A model generated the notes under the pieces. It did no database searches and was not told the DNA's origin. It was given only the letters and a program-made list of their open reading frames with translations. A stretch of 64,000 bases of DNA from a virus: the IMG/VR virus record IMGVR_UViG_3300042463_000409, positions 4,133 to 68,132 of that record, one strand, 5' to 3'. A program made the translations under genes and the position numbers. This document shows positions 44,553-55,700 of this stretch, one piece after another (position 1 is the stretch's first letter; each line of letters opens with the position of its first letter).

Positions 44553-47500
44553 ATGGCTTCAGTAAATCAATGTATAGGTTCTTGTTATGACGAGTTAAAG
44601 CATCGTGTGTTCTATTTTAACTGGAACTCAGATGGGTACAATGGCATTTATATGTACGATATTAAGACAAAGACTATTAAGCCTTTGCTTGTCTCATTGA
44701 TTCACAGCACAACAGATATATTAAATTTTAGCCCAGACTACCCTATTGCAAGTGTAAATATATTATACAGGACAGAGGAAGATGGGGATATACTTCATTG
44801 GACTGATAGAAATCAGAGACCAATGAAACTAAACATAAAAGATGCATTAGATACGATATATGCATCAGATTGGAGAAAGGAGTACTTAACTGTTTCAAGG
44901 AAAATGCCTCTAATAGCTCCTGTTTGCGCTTACGGAGATGACCTTACAAAAACTATAAATAACCTAAAAAGTAACCTATTTCAATTCAGTTACAGATGGG
45001 TATACAAGGATAATACTAAATCTACATGGAGCCCATGGAGCAAATCTTTTGCGCCATACAAGATAGATACACTTTCAATTGAAACTAATCCTTCTGTAAA
45101 TAACTATATATCTGTTATGATTAATACAGGACCTAGAGATGCTCTACAAGTAGAGTTCTCTGCTAGGGGGGTGTTAGCAGGTGCGTATAGTGACAGGTTT
45201 ATAGTTCATACTTTAGATAAGAGAAAGCTTTCGGTAGGTAATGACCTATCGTACACGTATAAGTTTTATAACGATAGTACGTACCCTTACGCTAGTAAGT
45301 CAGAAAGTATTCAGTTATTTGACTATGTGCCAAAGAAGGCTAATGCTCAAGAGCTTTTGAATGGTAATATTTTATCATATGGAGGGATAACTGAAGGGGT
45401 GACATTTGATACATCATTGAATGTAACCAAGAACTTAACATACTTCCAAAATGCATATCCATTAACTATATCTAGCTATGCTGATGCTAGAAAGTGGACG
45501 TATGTATTATTTAACTCTCCTGTTATGGGAGACATCATTGACTTAAAGGTTACTATAGATGAAGGTAACGGGACTAGATATTTTCACATATTTAGTTATA
45601 CCGTATTATCAGGTGACACATTAGCATCGGTAAATACAGCTCTTAAAGCATTAGTAGCAGCTTATCCAGGATTAACAACATCAGATGTGTCTTATGCTAG
45701 TGGGCAAGGATTCACTATCGATGGAGGTGTTTCTAAAACAATTACAGGTACTTACACAATAACATATTCTCCTAATACAAACCCATTAGATGTAAATACA
45801 GCAGTATTTAAACCAAACTCTACTTATAGATTTGGTATGGTGTATTTTGATGAGTTTGGCGTAACGAATGGAGTAGTTACTAATGATGTAATGGTAGTAA
45901 ATACTAGAGAGGCTATATCTAGCGCTTTAGGTACTCAACAATTCGTTGTACCTAACATTCAGTTTTCTATCAACCATGCGCCTCCTTCATGGGCTAAATA
46001 CTTCTCATTTGTAAGGACTTCAAACCTAACATATAGCGATTTCAAATTTATTATATCTGATTTATCTTATGGAGTTTATAGAGATACAAAGTATGGATAT
46101 ATTAATATAAAAAATTATAATACGAATACTTCTGGATACCCTTCTTACGACTTTACAAAAGGCGATAGAATACGTATATACGGAACAAATAATGGTACAC
46201 TTACTGCCGTAAAAGACTACCCTATATTAGATATGCTAAATAAGCATCCTAATTCTAGTGTTACAGGTGACGCTAGCGTAGGATTCTTTTTAAAGCTAGA
46301 GTATGATAGTTCTTTTATGTCTGGATGGCCTACTAACCCTGCTTTATTATTTGGAGAGTATTATATAGAAGTGTATACTCCTGGTAAGAATGCAGATGCG
46401 TCTTCTCAATTATTCTATGAGTTTGGGGAAACATATGCAATAGGCACAGATATAAATAATAATAAGGTACACTTAGGTCAACAGCAGAATCAAGTTATAG
46501 GAGCAGGCGCTAGAGCTGCTATATACAACTTCTTTAGAGGTGATGTATATTTAAGACAAAGGGATAGCATATGGATTTTTGATAGCTCTATATCTGATAA
46601 ATTTGATTCTAAAGTTTCAGGTACAGGGAGAGCTTTTGTTATAGATGAATTTGCTAAAGAAACATATTATCCTACTTTGCATAGATATTCACTTGATTAT
46701 CAGCAAGGTACAAATGTTAATATGACGAATAGATTCTATGCTGAAAACATGGACGAATACGATAGGCAGAAAGGAGATATTCAAAGGTTTAAGGTAAGAG
46801 GGCGTCAATTAAGAGTATTCCAAAATAGAGCATGCGGAGTTGTTCCTATCTACCAAAACATTATGCAGACTGGATCAGGTGATAATGTGGTTAGCCAAAG
46901 CACAGAGATAGTTAATAGAATACAATACTATAGTGGTGAGTTTGGTATAGGTAATCAATATTGTTCATTAGCTTCTTCTGCAAGTGCGGATTATTTCTCT
47001 GACCCAATTATAGGGTGCCAGGTTAGGGTAGCTAATGATGGATTGACTTCAATAACAGAGCTATACAAGGGGCATTTTTACTTTACGAATAAGATAAACA
47101 AGTATCAAAAAGAGGTTACTAATTCATTTAATAATGGTAAGGCTAAGATACTTGGCGTGTATGATGGATTTGAAGAAGAGTTTATTACTTGTATGCAAGC
47201 GTCGGCTAGTTCTGGAGATAATATGCCTGGAATTACATTTGGGTTTTCTGAAACAAGAAACGCTTATACAGCTTTTTATGACTACTATCCTGAGTGGATT
47301 TGTTCTGCAGGAAACCTTATAATTAGCTGGAGAAATGGTAAGCTATGGACGCACGATAATGAAACTAGCAGAGCTAACTTCTATAATACACAATATACCT
47401 GTTCTATTAAGTTAATATTTAACGAGACAGCAATTATCAAAAAACATTTTAATTCTATATCTTTATTAGCTAATGATTATTGGTTATCACAGAATCAGGG

Positions 47501-47738
47501 AGATGTATTAACCAATATGGGTAATGAGTCTAGACTTGTTCAGGACGACTATAGAATTAAAGACGATAAATACCATGCAGCATTTAAAAGAGATATGTTG
47601 AGCGTAGGTGGGCTGTATAATGGTAGAACTCTTCACGGGTCTTGGCTTGAAATAAATTTAAAAGCTTTAAGTCCGCAAAACTTAGTAAATTTGTATTATA
47701 TAGATTTGTCAATTTTAGAACCTTTTAATAATAGATAA
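44553..47738 (+). CDS. Tail muzzle/stabilization protein (P22 gp10-like), main body
   Basis: NQCIG..DE..RVFYF, LHWTD..RPMKLN, FSYRWVYKD, YYSGEFGIG, FYDYYPEW. Confidence 0.75.
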   Translation: MASVNQCIGSCYDELKHRVFYFNWNSDGYNGIYMYDIKTKTIKPLLVSLIHSTTDILNFSPDYPIASVNILYRTEEDGDILHWTDRNQRPMKLNIKDALDTIYASDWRKEYLTVSRKMPLIAPVCAYGDDLTKTINNLKSNLFQFSYRWVYKDNTKSTWSPWSKSFAPYKIDTLSIETNPSVNNYISVMINTGPRDALQVEFSARGVLAGAYSDRFIVHTLDKRKLSVGNDLSYTYKFYNDSTYPYASKSESIQLFDYVPKKANAQELLNGNILSYGGITEGVTFDTSLNVTKNLTYFQNAYPLTISSYADARKWTYVLFNSPVMGDIIDLKVTIDEGNGTRYFHIFSYTVLSGDTLASVNTALKALVAAYPGLTTSDVSYASGQGFTIDGGVSKTITGTYTITYSPNTNPLDVNTAVFKPNSTYRFGMVYFDEFGVTNGVVTNDVMVVNTREAISSALGTQQFVVPNIQFSINHAPPSWAKYFSFVRTSNLTYSDFKFIISDLSYGVYRDTKYGYINIKNYNTNTSGYPSYDFTKGDRIRIYGTNNGTLTAVKDYPILDMLNKHPNSSVTGDASVGFFLKLEYDSSFMSGWPTNPALLFGEYYIEVYTPGKNADASSQLFYEFGETYAIGTDINNNKVHLGQQQNQVIGAGARAAIYNFFRGDVYLRQRDSIWIFDSSISDKFDSKVSGTGRAFVIDEFAKETYYPTLHRYSLDYQQGTNVNMTNRFYAENMDEYDRQKGDIQRFKVRGRQLRVFQNRACGVVPIYQNIMQTGSGDNVVSQSTEIVNRIQYYSGEFGIGNQYCSLASSASADYFSDPIIGCQVRVANDGLTSITELYKGHFYFTNKINKYQKEVTNSFNNGKAKILGVYDGFEEEFITCMQASASSGDNMPGITFGFSETRNAYTAFYDYYPEWICSAGNLIISWRNGKLWTHDNETSRANFYNTQYTCSIKLIFNETAIIKKHFNSISLLANDYWLSQNQGDVLTNMGNESRLVQDDYRIKDDKYHAAFKRDMLSVGGLYNGRTLHGSWLEINLKALSPQNLVNLYYIDLSILEPFNNR

Positions 47739-47739
47739 T

Positions 47740-48399
47740 ATGAGCTCACTTAATTCAATATTTGGAATGGGCAATAGTGTTCAGGGCGCAGTTGGAAAAG
47801 CATTAGCTAAAAAGGCATTAGGCTTTAGCCCTGCTGGATTAGCTCTTCAAGCATTACCTTCAGTTGCTGGACTTATGTTCGGCGAAAACAGCCTTTTTAG
47901 TGGAAAAGCTAGACAGGCTAGTCAGAAGCTAATGAGTGATTTTCAAAAGTCTCAAGCAACTCCAATTGATTCAGGGTATACTGATTGGTATAATAGAATG
48001 CAGTCAATGGGTAATATGGGTCTTAGTGGAGCTACTCGTGGGTTAATGAATGAGTCTTTCGCTAGACAGCAGGGCTCTATGATGAGTGGACTTCGTTCTA
48101 AAAGGTCTTTATTAGGTGGCATAGGTCAAGTTGCAGATGCAGGTAATGAATTTATTAAAAGACAGGGCGAAGCAAATGAAAATTTATTAAGACAAAATAG
48201 AATGGCAGCTGCTGATGCTGCGTTTAAAATGGCTGGAATAAGGACTCAAGATAGGCTTAGAAAAGAAGATGAAGCTAGACAATTCTGGGGAATGAGAAAG
48301 GCCGAATCTAATCAATCTATATCTAGAAACTTGGCTGGTATTGGACAAGCAGTTGGCTCTCAGTCTTACTACTCAGCAATGAATAATAGTAGACCATAA
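47740..48399 (+). CDS. Internal virion/ejection protein (putative)
   Basis: G/A/Q-rich amphipathic protein after the muzzle gene. Confidence 0.55.
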   Translation: MSSLNSIFGMGNSVQGAVGKALAKKALGFSPAGLALQALPSVAGLMFGENSLFSGKARQASQKLMSDFQKSQATPIDSGYTDWYNRMQSMGNMGLSGATRGLMNESFARQQGSMMSGLRSKRSLLGGIGQVADAGNEFIKRQGEANENLLRQNRMAAADAAFKMAGIRTQDRLRKEDEARQFWGMRKAESNQSISRNLAGIGQAVGSQSYYSAMNNSRP

Positions 48400-48419
48400 A
48401 AACATAAATAACCTATAAA

Positions 48420-49727
48420 ATGGCGATATATCAACCTTCTTTTGTAGACACAACTGGATATACTTCTGGGATAGCAGCAGGTATTAATAGGGCTATGGAA
48501 TATAGACTTAGACAAGACAGACTATTTGCTAACTCTATGGATGATTTAAGGAGGTCTTATGATACAAAAAGGATGAGAACAGGAGATGTTCCAAGATTTT
48601 TAGGCGCATTTGATCAGCATAAAAATGCTTTAATTGCATACACTAGAGTTAATAATAGCAATGCTAGTGCTGATGAGATATATCAAGCGTCTCAAGCTGT
48701 TGAGAATTCTAGAATGAATATGGATAATGTTTTTTCTAAATCATCTGAAATTTTTGGAAAACTAAAACTTTTTAATTCAGCTAGCCAATCTATGTTTAAG
48801 AATGGTATAGAGCCTGTTGGTGAATTCAAAGATGCATTTAATAAGCTAAGTAATCTCGATTTGGATTTAATAACAGATAATGACATTAACATAAATCCAT
48901 TTGACTATAAGACGCTAGCTAATGCTGATGACCTTAAAGATATTGATTCTACTATTTTAAAGAACATTGTATTCTCTCAAAAAGATGAAGCTGTTCTTGA
49001 TGCCAATGGTGTCCCTGTTGCATTTAGTATACAAATTCCTAGCCCTGGGAAAACGCCTGGAAAGACATATAATATTCCTTGGATGGCTAAAAAAGAGAAA
49101 AGAGACCCAAATGCGGTAGCTGCTGCTATTCAATCTAATTTTAATTTACCTGGTGGCGAAAAAATAAAGAACTACGCTTCTAATCAGATTAATAATTTAG
49201 CTAAATCATTGTCTATCGACGAAACAAATCCAAGCACTACCCCTGCCCAAGTTTCAGAAAAAAGAATGGCAGAAGCTACTTTTGGTAAAATAAAAGCGTC
49301 ATTCCCTTCAATAAAAGATGTTAAGGATATCCTACCTTCTCAAATTTATGCTGTAGAAAGAGGGTTATTAGAAGGTAGAATTAAAGGATTCTATTACAAT
49401 GACGATGAGTTTAAATTAGCTATGCAAAGAATAACCTCTGATTTTGGAATGGATATGAGAAGCAATGCAGCTGCTATGGCAATGCAAAATGCAGCATTAC
49501 AAGCTACCAATGCAGCAAATTCAGCTACAATGAGACTTTTAACATTTGCATTAGGCGGTGGTACAACTATTGCTCCTGAGATTATTGATTTATTGAAAAA
49601 TAAGGGAATCACATTAAATCTTGAAGCCCTTGGTATTATTAATGAAAAGAAGCTAACTGGCGGTAAAAAGTCTGACCCAATTGCAGAGGCATTGATTAAG
49701 CTTAAAAATAAAAAGGGTAGCAAATAG
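48420..49727 (+). CDS. Internal virion/ejection protein (putative)
   Basis: Helical 435 aa in the cargo position. Confidence 0.55.
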   Translation: MAIYQPSFVDTTGYTSGIAAGINRAMEYRLRQDRLFANSMDDLRRSYDTKRMRTGDVPRFLGAFDQHKNALIAYTRVNNSNASADEIYQASQAVENSRMNMDNVFSKSSEIFGKLKLFNSASQSMFKNGIEPVGEFKDAFNKLSNLDLDLITDNDININPFDYKTLANADDLKDIDSTILKNIVFSQKDEAVLDANGVPVAFSIQIPSPGKTPGKTYNIPWMAKKEKRDPNAVAAAIQSNFNLPGGEKIKNYASNQINNLAKSLSIDETNPSTTPAQVSEKRMAEATFGKIKASFPSIKDVKDILPSQIYAVERGLLEGRIKGFYYNDDEFKLAMQRITSDFGMDMRSNAAAMAMQNAALQATNAANSATMRLLTFALGGGTTIAPEIIDLLKNKGITLNLEALGIINEKKLTGGKKSDPIAEALIKLKNKKGSK

Positions 49728-49766
49728 GGCAAAATTCGTTAGATTTGCATACTATAAAGATGCATA

Positions 49767-52700
49767 ATGGCTGAAACAAAAAACACTCAGACACCAGACC
49801 CTAAGAGTAATCCATCTCCTAAGCCTAGTCCAAAACCTAATCTTAGTGCATTACCTTTTTTGAGCAATGCTAATGGTTTACCATTTTTAGATAAATCTAA
49901 AGGAACAACTCTTCCAGACGTAACAGTTACAGCTACAAGGAAGAAGCCTAATCTTGGATCTCTTATGAAGCGTATTAAAACTGCTCAGGATGCTACTGAT
50001 GCAGAGTTTAATGCTTTAGGTGAATATGCTACTAGAAATACTAGGTATGATCGTGGATTAATAAAGAAACAATATGAAGCTCCTGTAGCTCCTAATACTA
50101 TAACAAATACTAGGGAGGCTGTTCAAAAAAAGAGACGAGATGCATTAGATTTAGCTGCTAAATTAAAGGTAGTAGACGAGTATGATGCTGTAAATAATAC
50201 TCTTGAAGCATATTTGAAAAAAGAAAAGAGTTCTGGTCAAAATTACTCTACTACATTTAACCCTAGTACAGGTAAGTTTGAAGATATTGATCCGTATAAT
50301 CACCCTAGTGTAATTGAAAAAAGAAAGGAACTAGAGTACGGATTAAAAACTGGACAATTTGAGATTGATAAGGACGAGTTAACGGGTATGCCTGTATTGT
50401 TTTCTACATATGACAACCCATTGTATGCTTTTAATAAGGCTTTAGACAAAAGTGCAATTACAACTTACGAAAATAAAGATTTCCTTACTCTATCAACAGA
50501 AGAAAAGGTAAAGCAGATTAATTATGAAAATGCTATTGGCCCTGCGTATTTACCACAGAAAGCAGTAGGATACTCTAAGCCAGCAAAATTTTTAGGAGAT
50601 GTAACGCTTCCTCTTTTAAAAGCTACTGTTTATGGTATGGGAGCTATGACTCTTGGAAAGCTTAACCCGGCATGGGGAGCGACTATGTCAGCAGAAGTGG
50701 CAGCTAGTCTTAATAAGCTTGGCTCTACGTTGTCATTTGTTGAAGACATGTCAGAAGCAAACGCATCAAGTGCGATTAAGATATACTATAATAATATAAT
50801 GAAGAATAATCCTACAATGGACCCTATTGTAGCGATGAAAGATGCAGAAAAGCAAGCAATTACAGGAGCAGCAACAGGTGCTGCAGAAGCTATATTAATG
50901 GGAACTAGCTTTTCAAAATTTTCAAAATTCAAAGGAATTGAAGAAGCTGCTACTAAGGTAAACACAGCTCCATTTCTGAAATCAATGTTAGGGACTTCTA
51001 AAAAAGCATTAAAAGAATTTGTACCCGTTGTAAAAGAGGCAACTAAAATTGGTACTATATCTGCAGCAGGGGCTGCTACTAGAGATGTTGTAGCTAATGT
51101 TTCAGGAGCTGATATTTCAGCTGAAGAAACAACACAAAGAAGCATTACTGCATTCGAAGAAGGATTTAAGATGGTTGCGGGACTCGGAATAGTACCTGCT
51201 GCAGCAAGAGGAGCTAGAGTTATAGCTCAAACAATACCATATGTCAGAGATGTTAATACGCAAAATATAAAGTATGCAATAGCTGTTGCTACTAATTCTA
51301 TACCTGGCATTCAGCCATCTGTTTTTCATCAGGCAAAATTAATTGCGTATGAAGTACCTGAAATAGATTCTCTTATAAAAGCAGGTGAAACAGAAGGAGT
51401 TTTTGAACAAGGGACACTTGAGAAGTTTAAATCAGATAGAAATCTTTACGAAGAAACAGACTCTCAAGTCCCCACAGATATACCAAAAGAAAAAAGAGAT
51501 ATTATAAGAGGTATACAAGTAAAGTTGAATAAACTTGATAAAATGGCTAAAGGATTGAAAGAAGGTAGTCCATTTTTAGATAGGGTTAATAAGATGAGAG
51601 AGCAGCTTGATAATAAAGCTGTAAAAGTTCTTGAATCAGATAATCCAATAGAGGTAGATGCTACTATTGCATCAAACGCTCCTGTATCTAAAGAGTCTGC
51701 AGTAGAAAGCGGAGATTCTAGCACAAGCACATCTATTGAGGATTTGAATAATTTTAATAATCTTCCTAACATAGAATTTGCTGATAAGCAAAAAACTGTA
51801 ACGCTTCTTTCTTTAGGGGTAGATAGTTTAGATAATTATAATGCTAAAACATTGGCTAAAAAATTATCTGAATTTAATGGACCTTATCAAGCTATATTTA
51901 AGGCATTATCAAACATGACAGGTTTAGAGAATGTTGAAATATATCAACTAGAAGGACCTAAATCTTTTTTTCAAACGAATATAATTAGTGGATTGTATCA
52001 CTTTCAAGAAAATCCTAGAAAAATAGGAATACTTGCTAGCAATATGACTAATGAATACGCCACTGCTGCTCATGAAATGATTCATTGGGCTACTATGACT
52101 AGCTTAAGCAAGTACAGAAAAACACCAGAATACAAGTCTATTGAAAATATATTCAACTATATAAAAGCAAAAAACCCAGAAATAACAGGATCTATGGCTT
52201 CTGGTGATTACTATGGACTTAGTAATTTTAATGAGTTCATGGCTGAACTTTTAGTGAATAAAAGGTTTAGAGATAAAATTTCTGATTTATATTCTGAAAA
52301 TGCAAAAGAATTTGAAAAAACAGTGTATTCATATAAAAATAATCCAGATTGGGCAAAAGCAGACCTGATAACTATTTTATATAAATATGTAGAAAGAGTA
52401 ATTAAAGACCTAGTAGATAATTGGGGCAGAGGGAAATCTTTTCAAAATATAGATTATAATGAATCTATGTTGAATAACGCTACAAGACTTGCCACAAAGG
52501 CATTTTTTGAAGAGCCAATATCAAAGAGTGAAATATCATCCCCACAAACAAAATCTAAGGGAGAAACAATACCTTCAATAGAAGGGCCTATTAACGAACA
52601 AAACAAGCCTATAGAAAATGCCACTCCAATCGGCCAAGAGCCAGCAAAAGAAATCAGTACAGAAAGCAATATCGGCGAACCTACGGGAATTGAAGGCGTC

Positions 52701-55700
52701 AAAAACAAAAAGACCCCTCAAGCAAATGTTGGCGATAGCAATATCGGCGGCAAAGCGAAACCAAAAGTAGAAGCTCCTAAGCTAGAAGTAGAGCCCGAAA
52801 AAGAAACTCCTAAAGAGTTTAATAACAACGAGACAGCTACAGTATTTGGTAAGATGAAAAAGGCTGCCGAAGAGTATCTTTCTAAAAAGGCAGACGACTT
52901 CTCTGGTGCTTCTAGAAAGGCGTTGTCTACATTGAAAAACTCTGCGTTCTATAAGGGATTAGATAAGAATGAAAGAGAGAAGTATGTATCAGCAGCTGCT
53001 AAATTCTTTGAAGGTAAGCGACCTCCGTCTCCTACAATCCAAAGAATCCTAGGAACAGCTAATGACGCAAAGACTACTGTTAATAACATGGCTGCGTTAA
53101 AAACGCAGTTAAGACTACAAGCTAAGGCGGCTAAAGATGCTGCAATGTGGATTAAGGGTACAAGGAAGTCTATTAGCAATGGCCTTAATGAATTAAAGAA
53201 GAAAGGCGTTATTAAAACATCTCAATTCTTATCAATACTTAAGAAGTACGACTCATTGAACATGGCAAATAAAGATGCCATAGATAACTTTACGTCTTAT
53301 GTTACAAAGATTGTAAATGACGCTAATTATAATGATAAATTAAAAACAGCAACTAGGTTTAATGGTTTAATTAAAAAGGCTTCTAAAATGAAAGGGAAGC
53401 AGGCTAATCTAGTATCTGCTGCTAAAGAGTTTTTAGGAATAGACCCTAAGAAAGTAGAAAATATCGATGAGTACATTGAGAAAGCTAACATAGTATTAAA
53501 TGGCGTTAGGTCTTCAAGGATAAAAGGATTAGAGGTTAATTTTTCTGATGCATTTAAAGGTTCTGATATATTAGAATATGCTAAAGAGCAAAAATCTAAA
53601 ATAGAAGAAGCTAAAAAGCAATCTAAGTTAGAAGATTACAATGACCTTGTTGAATCAGGTGAGATATCAAGTGATATGTCTTTTGATGAGATTAGTCAAA
53701 TTATAGGAGAGATAGAGCAAGGAAACGAAAGCGATATACCTAACATTGAAAATAAGTCTAAAGAAATAAGAGCTTATATAAATAAAAGATTTGATTCTAT
53801 ATCTTCTGAAGTTAAATCTATGTTAGATAGAAGTATTGACCCATTCACAGGAGTTAGACTATCTGATATATCAGATGCTGATAGAGTTAGACTGAATAAG
53901 ATTATTGATATGGGTCTAAATGACTTACCATTAAAAGAGGCCTATAATGTAGTAGAAGCGTTAAACAACTTTGCAGTAAATGGAAAGGCGTCTAATCTTG
54001 ATTCCGCAATAGCTATTAGCGATGCTTATTCAGGAGCAAGAGAGATAACAGGCAAAGGAATAAAATCTTTAACAATTAAAGGTATTTTTGGTAAAAGAGC
54101 TGCAAGAGCGTTTGCTGCAGATTTTACTAGCTTCCCTGTTTTATTTGATAAAGCATTTGGTGCTAACAGGTCACTGGCTGTTCAAAAAGCAATGGGATTA
54201 TCATCATTGCAAAAAAATAGCAATATGGCTGAGAAAATTCACCAAAAAGCTATAAAAGAATATTCAGATAAATTCTTAGGTAAACTTGGTGGAACATTCA
54301 AGACAAAGGTTAATCCTAATGGGATGAGATTCGACGCTAGAGAGAATATATACGAAAGAGGTATGCTATCTGTTTTGAGAAGAAACATGGGTGGAGACGA
54401 GGCGTCTGTTGCGAAAGAATTTGCAAGAAGAAAGTCTTTGCTAGAACAAAGCATAAAGGTTCTTAGAGAAAAAGGTGGAGATGATGCTAAGATGGCTGAT
54501 GTATATGAAAGTATTTTTAATAAGATTGCAAAAGATTCTAAGAACATATCAGAAGTAGAGTCTAAGGCTGACCCTTCAAATTTAGAAGCTAATAATTGGT
54601 GGATTAATGAATATGGTAAGCATTACGACAAAATGAGGGATGTCAGCTTAAATATATACAATCAGGAGTTGGGTTATGACAATAACTATATACCAGATGT
54701 GTATGATAAGTTTGATAAAAGCGAAGTTGAATCAAATTTTGATCCATTAAAAGATAATCCTTTTTTTGCAAAGTTTGATTATATCCCCAAGGTAAAGAGT
54801 GGTAGTTTAATGAAGACTACTAATCCAGAGACGCTTCCTAATGGAAAGTTTATTAACCTAGATTTCGATTACAATAACAATAAAGCATTAAAATCAGCTC
54901 TTGTCAATATATATACAGCTAAAGATTTAAAGCAAGTAGAAGCGTTTAGAGACTCCCCTTATTTTGATAAGATATTTAACAAGGAAGATGGCAAGGTATT
55001 TAAGGGCAAGATTAGCACTTACGCTAAAAAAATACAGAATAGAGATATATCTGAATTTAGAGAGTTTAATGAACTAGGCAGGTCATTATCTGTTGCTGCG
55101 ACAACAGCCGTATCTTCAGCATTATCTTCTGTTGCACAACCTGTTAAACAGCTAGCTCCTGCTGTGCATACATTAATAGCAACAAATGGTAGATTAGCTA
55201 TATCAGATGCGTTAAATCCTAGCGCCCATAGTTTCATAGATAGAATAGGGTATGGTATATCTAATAGAGGCATGTCTTCTCAAGTAAGCATGGAGAGCAT
55301 TAGCTCAATGTTAAAAAGAGCAGAAGATGGCGCTTTAGCAAGAGGTATTAGAACTATTGGGAAAGTGCAAGAAGCAAAGTTGAAAATATTTGTAGGATAC
55401 TCTGACATATTCACAGCTAGGATGTCTTGGCTATCTTTCTATAAAGACGCTTTGAGGAAAAAGGGAGAGGATGTGTCAAATATAGATTGGGATACGCATA
55501 AGGTAAATAATGATGCAGCAGCTTATGCTGAACAAATGGTTGATGTAAGCCAAAACGTATCTGACACTAATTTACAGGGCAGATTGATTGGGTCTAATGA
55601 CCCTTACCATAAGGCATTTAAGAATATGGTAATGACTTTAGCAAACTATACAATTAACCAAAAAGCCAAGATTGGCGGGAATGTTAGAGTTGCTTTAGGG

